From the NCBI GenBank assembly GCA_965215015.1, contig OZ244042.1, forward strand, positions 2,944,001-3,008,000: DNA of 64,000 nt. Direction: 5' to 3'. How positions within the stretch are numbered: the stretch's first letter is position 1; the number at the start of each line of letters is the position of its first letter. This DNA is from Candidatus Poribacteria bacterium. GTDB taxonomy: Bacteria; Poribacteria; WGA-4E; PCPOR2b. This document shows, piece by piece, positions 31,407 to 40,196 of this stretch. The notes below the pieces were generated by a model. It was not told the origin of the DNA. It was given only the letters and a program-made list of their open reading frames with translations, and ran no database searches. The translations under genes and the position numbers were made by a program.

Positions 31407-31515
31407 GTTGTTCCGACAGCAACCCTGCCCAACCTTGTGCTGCCGGGGTTACCGCAGTTTCCAACCGGCTGTTCTGGTCCTCTTCCCGCTCTTGTTCAAT
31501 ATCTCTCCTGAACTA
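31249..31515 (-). pseudogene. 5'-truncated gene tail (…FDQYGTAERLRRWREFDPEAAAQVEQKRR…VSPTR*)
   Basis: Open frame without a good start; the same tail occurs at 30891..31048 and ~39095..39210. Confidence 0.5.
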
Positions 31516-31522
31516 ATGTTTC

Positions 31523-32314
31523 TCACGTTTCACGCTTAACCTCGCCAGCATTGACCCCCAACCCTCGGCGATATGCCTCCAATGACATTAGGTCGGCGGG
31601 CACGACATTGCCTAGGTTGACCTCTGAACCGTATCGATCGATAAGCTGACGACGAAGGTGATGGATGCCATGTGCGGTTACCCCGGCAATCCACGGACCG
31701 GGCAACTCAAACATGAGTTTCTCTAATCCAACGAGTTCCACAACCTCCTCAACTGCTTTCGCTGTGTCAACATCTTCGCTGACCAACTCAGCAGCCTCTA
31801 AGAGTACGAGTGCTGCGCCGGCATCGAGACACCCCTGTGCATCGTCAGCGAAAGGAATTTCGCTTGCAAGCCCTTCCTTCTTGCCGACCTCACCCATAAC
31901 TTGTAAACCGTGTACTTCGGTCGCTTGACGAATCATCTTTCGCTTCCACGCAACCGAAACGGCTCCTAAATTATCCGATACCTCAGCCCAACGATAGCCG
32001 GCCCGAACAATCGCAGGGAAATAGAGATTTGCCTTCCCGGATACTTCTGCGTATTCGAGAAACATGCCTCCTGCAAATGGCTCAATCTGATGCTCCCGAT
32101 ACTTTTTCAACTTCGCTTCCAGTATATCATTTGACAACAAGCGGGAGATGCCGACAGCAATTTTTGCAAAGTCGAAGTGCGCTGCCGCCGTCTCGATGAG
32201 GTCTGCCTGTTCATGTAGCCCAATGCCCCAATCAATAACCATCGTCAGACCACGATCTCTCGGTTTCCCTTGGCGTCCAATGCCATCAATTCCTTCAAAG
32301 AAATGTGGGATCAT
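31523..32314 (-). CDS. Phosphosulfolactate synthase (ComA) family protein
   Basis: RQGKPRDRGLTMVIDWG, EVSD, EVGKK, FELP, VNLGNV, LEAYRRGL. Confidence 0.85.
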   Translation of the reverse strand: MIPHFFEGIDGIGRQGKPRDRGLTMVIDWGIGLHEQADLIETAAAHFDFAKIAVGISRLLSNDILEAKLKKYREHQIEPFAGGMFLEYAEVSGKANLYFPAIVRAGYRWAEVSDNLGAVSVAWKRKMIRQATEVHGLQVMGEVGKKEGLASEIPFADDAQGCLDAGAALVLLEAAELVSEDVDTAKAVEEVVELVGLEKLMFELPGPWIAGVTAHGIHHLRRQLIDRYGSEVNLGNVVPADLMSLEAYRRGLGVNAGEVKRET

Positions 32315-32386
32315 TTGCCATATACCTCCACTACACCTAAAAACTCGGAACTAAGACTTACAGCTAAATGGCACGGTTCCAGGTAC

Positions 32387-33808
32387 TTATCTCCCCTCTG
32401 CAAACTCAGGTCTGCCCAGCGCATCGGTCTTTTCCTGCCGCTCATAGTGCTGCAGTTCACCACCTGCATCCGCCAAGATTCGTTCCCGTGCAAAAGCGAC
32501 CCGATCCGCTGCATCTGACGCAATATTATGCTGACACGTCGGATCTGCCTCTAGGTCAAAGAGACGGAGATTGGGGGAATCCACACCGCTGAAGAACCAA
32601 TTTTTTGAATCCTTGTACCAAACAGAGTTACCATAACGGCAGGTCAGATATTCCCGACTCTGAAATCCATTCCCTCCCGCTGCCAGTGGAAGCAGATTCT
32701 GTCCCTCTATTTCGCCGATTGGTTCGACGCTAGCAGCGGCAACGACTGTCGCCGGTACATCCAAAGTATAGACAAGTTCTTCGCGCGTACTGCCGGCACC
32801 AGTCCCTTCCGGATGGCGTAGCAGCATCGGGATGTCCATTGTCCCCGGATACATAAAATCCGCCGGTTTTCCTGTGACACGATCTGGGTTTTCACCGAAG
32901 TTAGTCCCGTGATCGCTCAGAAAAATCACGAGCGTGTTCTTTTTCAACCCCAACCTGTCGATGGTATTAATCAGTTTTCCAAACCACGTATCGACCATCG
33001 TCACCAAACCGGCATAATTCGCCCGGATGCTGGGCAGACGTGCTTCGACTTCGGGGTTGCGGTCAATGGGCCCATAAGGTGCGGAGAGATAAATCGGTTC
33101 CCGATCTTCCCGCATCCCGTAGAGGTCGTAGTAGTGGAGTGGTGCTTCCCAAGTTTCATGCGGTGTAAAGCTATCGACGTACAAATAAAATGGACGGTTG
33201 TTATAATTCTGCTCGACAAACTTTATCGCAGCGCGAAATGTGCGTGCAGTGGGCCACATCTCTTCTGCCTGCTCCGGCTGCACGTTGACTAGATGCGCCC
33301 GAATCCGATCCGCGCTCCCACGATAGCGTGACAGCAGCGTCTCATCCGCATGTGCGATAGCATTGTACCGGTCTTCCGCCTGACCGCGGATATACTCCCA
33401 TTGCAGAAATCCACGCGTAAAATTCATACCCGGCACGAAATAGTGTGGCACATCTGCAAAGAAACCTGTGTGATAATCCTGACGGACAAGTGCCTCCGCT
33501 ATCGTGCTTTCCTCCGACGATAACGGCTGCCAGCCTGGAATATAGACATTATCCCAAGGCACAGGGCGATAGTTCCGAAATGGGAATGCCCGCCGACCGC
33601 TGTGCAAGGTGCGACGCGTCGGAATCGTTGGCAGACATTCTGGATGTGCATTTGTAAATCGCACGCTATCTTGAGCAAACCGGTCCAGATTGGGTGTATG
33701 AATCCATCTATTCCCATAAGCCCCCAGATATGCTGCCCTAAACGTGTCCGAAACCACAACCACGATATTCCACGGATGATTTACGCTCGATGTCACTTTT
33801 TCAGCCAT
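32387..33808 (-). CDS. Sulfatase-like hydrolase (alkaline phosphatase superfamily)
   Basis: NIVVVVSDTFR, TPNLDRFA, TIPTRRTLHSGR, PHETW, IFLSDHG. Confidence 0.88.
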   Translation of the reverse strand: MAEKVTSSVNHPWNIVVVVSDTFRAAYLGAYGNRWIHTPNLDRFAQDSVRFTNAHPECLPTIPTRRTLHSGRRAFPFRNYRPVPWDNVYIPGWQPLSSEESTIAEALVRQDYHTGFFADVPHYFVPGMNFTRGFLQWEYIRGQAEDRYNAIAHADETLLSRYRGSADRIRAHLVNVQPEQAEEMWPTARTFRAAIKFVEQNYNNRPFYLYVDSFTPHETWEAPLHYYDLYGMREDREPIYLSAPYGPIDRNPEVEARLPSIRANYAGLVTMVDTWFGKLINTIDRLGLKKNTLVIFLSDHGTNFGENPDRVTGKPADFMYPGTMDIPMLLRHPEGTGAGSTREELVYTLDVPATVVAAASVEPIGEIEGQNLLPLAAGGNGFQSREYLTCRYGNSVWYKDSKNWFFSGVDSPNLRLFDLEADPTCQHNIASDAADRVAFARERILADAGGELQHYERQEKTDALGRPEFAEGR

Positions 33809-34190
33809 AACCTCTCCTTGTTTATTTGCTGGGTTCTGTTGACATCTGACAGACTCGGTTCGGCTTGAATCTCACAAATCTGTAGGGGCAGGTCTGGTGT
33901 CTGTCCAACTCTTGATAATCGGGAGGTGGGTTGGGTGTTGGGTTTCACTATATCTACTTATAAAACAGTGGTGTTGAAAAACTGAGTCGCTATCGTCGTG
34001 GATATGCATTCGCTTTGAACCATTCAACCTAACCTACAACCCATACCTGTAGATTGGGAATCTTGCCCGATCCGCAAAGCCCCAGCGGGGCGACATGTAT
34101 ATTAAGTTCAGTTTTTGACCGATTGCCCGATGAGGACAGCACTTGTCGAATCGACAACACCAAAATGTCAACATGCCCGAGCAACTTGCG

Positions 34191-35075
34191 TTAACCAATA
34201 GTTACCCCAATTTCCCGTCCAACATGCCGGATATACTGCTGCCCCGCAATTGTCTCTAGCTCCGGGAAGTGCTCTACATGCACAGGAACATCATTGTCCA
34301 ATGCATCCAACCGCCGGAGTATCGTCGCGTAATCCATCATACCTGTCCCCGGTACGGCTTCATCAACGCGGCTAATAATGCTAATTGGCTGCGCTGACCA
34401 CATTGTAACATCTTTTGCGTGCATCGTGACAATTTTATCCCCAATTCCATCGAAAATTTCATTGATAAAGTCTGTCATTCTGAGGAACATGTGGGGCCAT
34501 GTCATATTCACAGGGTCGAACAGTGCCTTTAAGCGCGGAGAGGGAACGGCATCAAAGAGTTCCTGATATCGCTCGACAGAGTAGATAGGTGTAATGATGT
34601 GGGGATGTATCGCCACGTCCATCTCAAATTCCTCCGCATAAGGCATGAGTTCCTCGACCGCACCGATACACCGTTTCCACGTCTCCTCAGACCACATTGG
34701 AGGGACGGTCCCATCCCGCTCCGCGAAAGTTTTTGGCATCTCGTCAATCCAAACTCTACCGATGAGTATTGCACAGGCGATGCAGTGTGCTCCTATGATG
34801 TGCGCGTGACGCAACTGACGACGATGTCCCTCAATGGCAGCTCGGTACTCCTCCGGATTTGCCGAGCCAAATCCCCCTTGATGGCCACTAAATTCGCCCA
34901 CTCGGATGCCGTGGTCATCAAGGAACCGTTTGGCTCTCTCAACATCTGCATCGCTCCAATCGGTAGGTGTGTTTGTTGTAACAGTTTTAACTTCCATTAA
35001 CTTGACCTTTTGGAGGAAGGTAGCCTGTTCCTCCGAGGTCTTGCCCAAGCGCACAGACGGACTCATTAAAATCAT
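34191..35075 (-). CDS. Sugar phosphate isomerase/epimerase (xylose isomerase-like TIM barrel)
   Basis: LFDPVN, MHAKD, PGTGMMDY, VEH motifs. Confidence 0.8.
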   Translation of the reverse strand: MILMSPSVRLGKTSEEQATFLQKVKLMEVKTVTTNTPTDWSDADVERAKRFLDDHGIRVGEFSGHQGGFGSANPEEYRAAIEGHRRQLRHAHIIGAHCIACAILIGRVWIDEMPKTFAERDGTVPPMWSEETWKRCIGAVEELMPYAEEFEMDVAIHPHIITPIYSVERYQELFDAVPSPRLKALFDPVNMTWPHMFLRMTDFINEIFDGIGDKIVTMHAKDVTMWSAQPISIISRVDEAVPGTGMMDYATILRRLDALDNDVPVHVEHFPELETIAGQQYIRHVGREIGVTIG

Positions 35076-35144
35076 TTGACACCTCTAGATATTTGAATTG
35101 ACGATGCAATTGGCTGTGCCCCCTACTTAATCCCCAAAAGAAAA

Positions 35145-35196
35145 GCCTCCTGATACCGATAGAAAATATATCGATTCGATCGAATATCAGGAGGCA
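35145..35196. terminator. Terminator-like hairpin downstream of the LamG gene
   Basis: GCCTCCTGATA...TATCAGGAGGC stem followed by a T-tract on the minus strand. Confidence 0.55.
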
Positions 35197-35245
35197 AATA
35201 ATCAGAAGATTCCGAGCCGCAAAGTTGACTCAACCCAGTTAAGGT

Positions 35246-36049
35246 CTAGTAATTACGTTTGAGTTTACCCCATGTTGTTGATAGCTTGCCTACGCCCGGC
35301 TCAACCGCTAACGGTTTGAAGGGTGCATCATCCACCTCTTCCCATGTCGCCTCATCGACTAAGCCGTGATGCTCAAAAGCAGAAGAATCCTTGGCTTCGC
35401 CCCCTTGTCCCTCATTAAAGTGCATGAGGAGAACGGTATTGCGATCCCGTTCTTCAAATTCGGTCGTCGGTCTCGGAAAGTTGGCGGCTGGGTATCTGGG
35501 AATGTTAGAAATCCGGACTTCGTCAATTAATCCAGTAAACGCTTCATTCCACTGGGGGAGCCAACCGATATAAACATCTGACAGAGATGTGTTGATATCC
35601 CCTGGATCTTCGACTTCATCTTTCAACTTGCCATCAACGTGGAGCAGGTAGGCACGACCATCGAAGGAAGTCGCAACATGAGTCCACCTGTCCAAGCTGA
35701 TTTTGCCCGTACCTTCCCAACCCCACTGTGCAGCGTTGACTGCTGCCTGGTAGGTTGATTGTTTGTTAAAGAGGGCGTGCATCCAGGTATCTGTCTTCCC
35801 GGTAATCATCATTCGTCCTCCGCCCGAATCAAGGGCAGTAGGGTAAATCCATGCTTCGAGTGTTAGCTTATCTGCGAGGTTCAATTCCTCGCTATGGTCA
35901 ATAATAATTCGTGTCCCTTTTTCTCCATTATCCTTTTTTGCATCAAACTTGAGCGCAAAGTTCTTTGGCGCAGCAAAACCGCCTTGCGTCAATGAGAGCG
36001 CAAATGCAAAAACCAAGGCTATAGAGATTAATCGACCTTTTTTCATCAT
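35246..36049 (-). CDS. Secreted LamG/concanavalin A-like protein
   Basis: Signal peptide; LTLEAWIYP, WTHVA, LHVDG, FTGLIDEVRIS; C-terminus LAVEPGVGKLSTTWGKLK. Confidence 0.85.
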   Translation of the reverse strand: MMKKGRLISIALVFAFALSLTQGGFAAPKNFALKFDAKKDNGEKGTRIIIDHSEELNLADKLTLEAWIYPTALDSGGGRMMITGKTDTWMHALFNKQSTYQAAVNAAQWGWEGTGKISLDRWTHVATSFDGRAYLLHVDGKLKDEVEDPGDINTSLSDVYIGWLPQWNEAFTGLIDEVRISNIPRYPAANFPRPTTEFEERDRNTVLLMHFNEGQGGEAKDSSAFEHHGLVDEATWEEVDDAPFKPLAVEPGVGKLSTTWGKLKRNY

Positions 36050-36309
36050 AATATCCTTCCTTTAATAGGGGTTTTGAATTCTGACGGAGTACTACAATAA
36101 ATTCCACGACTGTAGACCAAGATCCTATCTTGTTTTGCTTCAATCGCCGCAGGTTGTTGTAGTCAGTTTAGAAAACCGATATAGAACAGGATTCAATTTT
36201 GACGTAACGTTATAGGATTAGGGGAGCCTGTGGAAAAACAGCTTTAGTCACATAGACATATTAACATTTTTCTGCTGAACAAGTCAAGTGCAAACAAGGC
36301 ACTTTTACA

Positions 36310-36338
36310 TTGACATTCCATGCTTTTACCGATAAACT
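36310..36338 (+). promoter_or_regulatory. Sigma70-type promoter for the LamG gene trio
   Basis: TTGACA-17bp-TAAACT. Confidence 0.5.
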
Positions 36339-36404
36339 GTAAAGGTTATCGGGGGTGGACAGATATATCGGTACATACTTTGGAGAATAATAGACAAGGA
36401 GGCG

Positions 36405-37265
36405 GTGGAAATGAATGGTTTCATCAATAGGCTAAGCAAAATTGGACTCGGCTTAATCACCATGAGTTTAATATTGACAACCGTGAGCGATGCCAAATTG
36501 TCAGGGCCGGAGCTTCTAGAAGCGGCTGTTGCAATATGGACCTTTGAGGAGACGGAAAGGAATAAGGATAACGACCCTTTTGTCAAGGACGTTTCCGGCA
36601 ACGGCCATGATGCGGTGATGATAAATCGACCACGACTAGTAGAGGGGAAGTTTGGCAAGGCAGTGGAGTTCAGGGATGATGCAAAAAACTACTTGGAAGT
36701 GCCACACCATGAGGATTTCGACCTTGATGAAGCCATCTCGATTTCGGTATGGGTGAAACGACCGCCACGGCCACAAGCAACTGATATCGCACCCTATTTT
36801 ATTCTCGAAAAAGGGGGAGAATGGCAGCATGGTCGACCCACTTTTGGAATAGCCCTGCATAAGGTTTTTAACAACATGTTCTATTTCTGGTATAAAGATG
36901 GATTTCAAGGAGTAAACGGGATAAAGGATGATCAGTGGCACCACTACGTTGTGGTTGCCAAAGATAGGGAAAGGGACCCTGCCATGTATATTGATGGCGA
37001 GTTAAAGGCGGTCGAACATCGGGACGGTCAGCGGGTAATCACGTTGGAACCTTCACCGGGGCGCGCACTACACATCGGAGCAATGTTCCCAGAACGATTC
37101 GATTCGTGGACCAATAACACTATAGACGATCTTGCCATTTTCAACGTTGCGTTGAGCCACGCTGATGTTGAACGGCTTGGGAAAGGAGTTGATAACTCAA
37201 TCTTCGCGGTTTCTCCATCGGGCAAGCTTGCCACAACGTGGGCAGTACTTAAACAAAGCCGCTGA
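36405..37265 (+). CDS. Secreted LamG-like protein
   Basis: Signal peptide; DVSGNGHD, GKFGKAVEF, QWHHYVV, MYIDG, IDDLAIFN; C-terminus FAVSPSGKLATTWAVLK. Confidence 0.88.
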   Translation: MEMNGFINRLSKIGLGLITMSLILTTVSDAKLSGPELLEAAVAIWTFEETERNKDNDPFVKDVSGNGHDAVMINRPRLVEGKFGKAVEFRDDAKNYLEVPHHEDFDLDEAISISVWVKRPPRPQATDIAPYFILEKGGEWQHGRPTFGIALHKVFNNMFYFWYKDGFQGVNGIKDDQWHHYVVVAKDRERDPAMYIDGELKAVEHRDGQRVITLEPSPGRALHIGAMFPERFDSWTNNTIDDLAIFNVALSHADVERLGKGVDNSIFAVSPSGKLATTWAVLKQSR

Positions 37266-37291
37266 ATCAGCGAAAAGGGAGCCACACAACT

Positions 37292-38131
37292 ATGAAAACT
37301 TTTACGACAAAGTTAAGTACAGTCGGTATCGGCTTAATTATCTTGAATATAGTGTTCACGGCGGTGAGCGATGCCCAGTTGAGAGGACGTAAATTTCTAG
37401 AAGCGGCTGTTGCAATATGGACCTTTGAAGAAGTCGGTAGAGTTGGCGTCCCGGATGTTACCGGCAACGGTCATGACGCGAAGTTGGTAAATAAGCCCGC
37501 CTTAGTTGATGGGAAATTTGGCAGGGCAATAGAGTTTAGTGACAGCAGAAAAAACTATTTGGAGGTGCCGGATGATGTAGACTTAAACCTTGAAAAGGTC
37601 ATCTCGATTTCGGTATGGGCGAAACGACCACCACGGCTACAAGCGACCGATGTGGCACCTTATTTCATTCTACATAGGGGATCGGAATGGCAGCGTCAGG
37701 GACCAGGTTACGGCATCGCACTCCACAAGGTTTTTAACAACATGTTTTATTTCTGGTATCAAGATGGATTTCAGGGTGCCAGCGGTATCAAGGACGATCA
37801 GTGGCACCACTATGTCGCTGTTGCCAAAGATGGAGAGAGGGCACCAACGCTTTATATTGATGGCGAATCGAAGCCTGTCGAACACGGCGATGGTAAGAAA
37901 AAGATGGTATTGGCACCAGCACAGGGACGACCGATGTACATTGGCGCGTTATTGCCAGAGCGGTTTGACTCATTCAGTAAGAGTACCATTGATGAGCTTG
38001 CTATCTTCAAGGTTGCATTGAGCGCGGCAGATGTAAGGCAGCTCGGAAAGGGAATCGATACAGCAATCTTCGCGGTTTCTCCATCGGGGAAGCTCGCCAC
38101 AACGTGGGCATCAATCAAAAATAGCCATTGA
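37292..38131 (+). CDS. Secreted LamG-like protein (tandem paralog of 36405..37265)
   Basis: Shared blocks GIALHKVFNNMFYFWY and GIKDDQWHHYV; C-terminus FAVSPSGKLATTWASIK. Confidence 0.88.
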   Translation: MKTFTTKLSTVGIGLIILNIVFTAVSDAQLRGRKFLEAAVAIWTFEEVGRVGVPDVTGNGHDAKLVNKPALVDGKFGRAIEFSDSRKNYLEVPDDVDLNLEKVISISVWAKRPPRLQATDVAPYFILHRGSEWQRQGPGYGIALHKVFNNMFYFWYQDGFQGASGIKDDQWHHYVAVAKDGERAPTLYIDGESKPVEHGDGKKKMVLAPAQGRPMYIGALLPERFDSFSKSTIDELAIFKVALSAADVRQLGKGIDTAIFAVSPSGKLATTWASIKNSH

Positions 38132-38164
38132 CCCCCCAGGTTCCACCCCAAGGGATATTTTCAA

Positions 38165-39013
38165 ATGAAATATATGAACAAAATTGCGGTTTACAGTGTA
38201 GTTTTTGTGCTGGGACTCACTAGTTTTGCAGTAGCAGCGCAAAAGGTGGTTCCGGGTGCGGTGATCCACCTCGATGCCAGAGAGCAGAATAAGCGGGAAA
38301 TCGCTTGGAAGAACCTCGGTTTAGCCGGTGGAAAAATGCCAGCCGACAATGAGGTGCCTGAATTTGAAGCGGGGAAAATCAGAATACCCGTACTCGGTAT
38401 CAATGAGGACGCAAAGTGGTATACCGCCACACGAAAGTCCGAGACTTTTGGCGGTCCCCCGGATGTACTCCCCAAATTGCAACTTGAGGATTGGACAATG
38501 GAGGTTCTCATCAAACGCAACGGTCCCAAGTGGCCAGATCTCGTTGTGGCTTCCCAAGTCCTCGGATTTAAATCACGTGATAGGGAATTGCAACATTTTC
38601 AGGTTTCTCTCAACGGACCGGATACCGGCGAACTCATCGCACGGTTTAAGGGTCGAGCAAATAATAAAGGGAAGTGGTTAATCCCGGAAGATCTCGGCAT
38701 CGATATTAAGGAAAAGGAGTGGCACTGGATTGCGTTTGTCTTCACCGATCAGAAAACAGTTGAAACCTACCAAGATGGTGAAGAGGTTGGGAGGGTTGAG
38801 ATTAATCAGGATTTTGATCCTGAAGAGCCGGTATGGCTATCAATATTTTGTTCCAATGACAGGGATCGAAACTTCAACGGCTCAATCGCTATCCTTCGTA
38901 TTTACGACAGACCGTTGAGTAGAGACGAGATTCTCCAAAACATCACAGGTAAGTTGGCGGTTGAACCAACCGACAAACTGACAACAGCCTGGGCACAGAT
39001 AAAGGCACACTGA
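38165..39013 (+). CDS. Secreted LamG-like protein
   Basis: Signal peptide; WHWIAFV, YQDG, FNGSIAILRIYDRPLS; C-terminus LAVEPTDKLTTAWAQIK. Confidence 0.85.
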   Translation: MKYMNKIAVYSVVFVLGLTSFAVAAQKVVPGAVIHLDAREQNKREIAWKNLGLAGGKMPADNEVPEFEAGKIRIPVLGINEDAKWYTATRKSETFGGPPDVLPKLQLEDWTMEVLIKRNGPKWPDLVVASQVLGFKSRDRELQHFQVSLNGPDTGELIARFKGRANNKGKWLIPEDLGIDIKEKEWHWIAFVFTDQKTVETYQDGEEVGRVEINQDFDPEEPVWLSIFCSNDRDRNFNGSIAILRIYDRPLSRDEILQNITGKLAVEPTDKLTTAWAQIKAH

Positions 39014-39033
39014 AAATAATCCTCGATAAAGAC

Positions 39034-39203
39034 AGCTCCTTGCGAGAACAAAAAAGCGGTACCATACCCTGTAAAGAAAAGGGCGTGATACCGTCCTACC
39101 GTGTTGGGGACACCGCCTTATCTGACGCGGAACGGACAGACGGCTCGCGCCCCTTCTGCTCAAATTGTGCTGCAGCTTCAGGGTCAAATTCCTTCAACCG
39201 GTG
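39034..39203. repeat. Third, diverged partial copy of the 358-bp repeat unit
   Basis: AAAAAAGCGGTACCATACCC...CCTACCGTGTTGGGGACACC...TGTGCTGCAGCTTCAGGGTCAAATTCC, with an internal deletion. Confidence 0.85.
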
Positions 39204-39329
39204 GAATCTCTCAGGAATCGAAAAAGGCCGTGCGAAACCCAAAGAGAATCGAGTTTTCAAGAAAAAACTCGGTGTCTGTTACACGATTTCTTAACATGCG
39301 TCAAAACCAAATGAGGAGGAATAATCAGT

Positions 39330-40175
39330 ATGGTTTATGGAAGTGGTGATTATCGATACGAAGTTGTAGAAGGTTGGGGGCAGATACCACAGTTGGGGCT
39401 TGCTTCTGGTGTGGCTTGCGACTCCCAGGACCGGGTCTATGTGTTCAATCGGAGTCCTAACCCCGCCATGCTCGTTTTTGAGCGCGATGGGAGGTTCATC
39501 GGTTCGTGGGGGGAGGCTCTCTTCAAAACACCACACGGGATTTGGATCAGTCCCGACGATGAAATTTACACCACAGACACCGAGGACCACACCGTTCGGA
39601 AATTCTCGCTCTCTGGAGAACTTTTACAGACGTTGGGAACTGTGGATGCACCGGGGTCGCCGGGGCAGCCATTTAATCAACCGACCCGCGCTGTCTTATC
39701 CCAATCGGGTGAAATCTACGTCTCGGACGGCTACGGGCAGTCGCGGGTTCACCGCCTGACATCTGATGGCGAAGTCATCGTTTCGTGGGGCGCACCGGGC
39801 TCAGGGCCCGGCGAGTTTAACCTGCCGCATGATGTCACGGTGGACAAAAATGACCGAGTCTACATCTTAGACCGAGGAAACCTACGGTGTCAGATTTTCG
39901 ATTCAAATGGGGAATACATCACAGAGTGGGGAGATCTGCGTTCTCCCAATGATCTGTTCATAGATTCGGATGATGTCATCCATATCGCAGAGGGTGGGCA
40001 GCGCATCACTGTTATGACGCTTGACGGTGAGATTATCACCCAATGGGGCGGGCAGGGCGAGGGGCCGGGTCAGTTCAGCAATTCGCCACACGGTATATGG
40101 ATTGACTCTCATGGCGATGTCTATATCAGTGAGGTCATCGCGGAAAAACGGTTCCAGAAGTTTGTACGGGTCTAA
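39330..40175 (+). CDS. NHL-repeat protein, peptidyl-alpha-hydroxyglycine alpha-amidating lyase-like
   Basis: FKTPHG, FNQPT, VSDGYG, FNLPHD, DRGNLRCQIFD; GAGGAGG RBS. Confidence 0.85.
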   Translation: MVYGSGDYRYEVVEGWGQIPQLGLASGVACDSQDRVYVFNRSPNPAMLVFERDGRFIGSWGEALFKTPHGIWISPDDEIYTTDTEDHTVRKFSLSGELLQTLGTVDAPGSPGQPFNQPTRAVLSQSGEIYVSDGYGQSRVHRLTSDGEVIVSWGAPGSGPGEFNLPHDVTVDKNDRVYILDRGNLRCQIFDSNGEYITEWGDLRSPNDLFIDSDDVIHIAEGGQRITVMTLDGEIITQWGGQGEGPGQFSNSPHGIWIDSHGDVYISEVIAEKRFQKFVRV

Positions 40176-40196
40176 TTGAAGAGTTAAAGCGACGCC

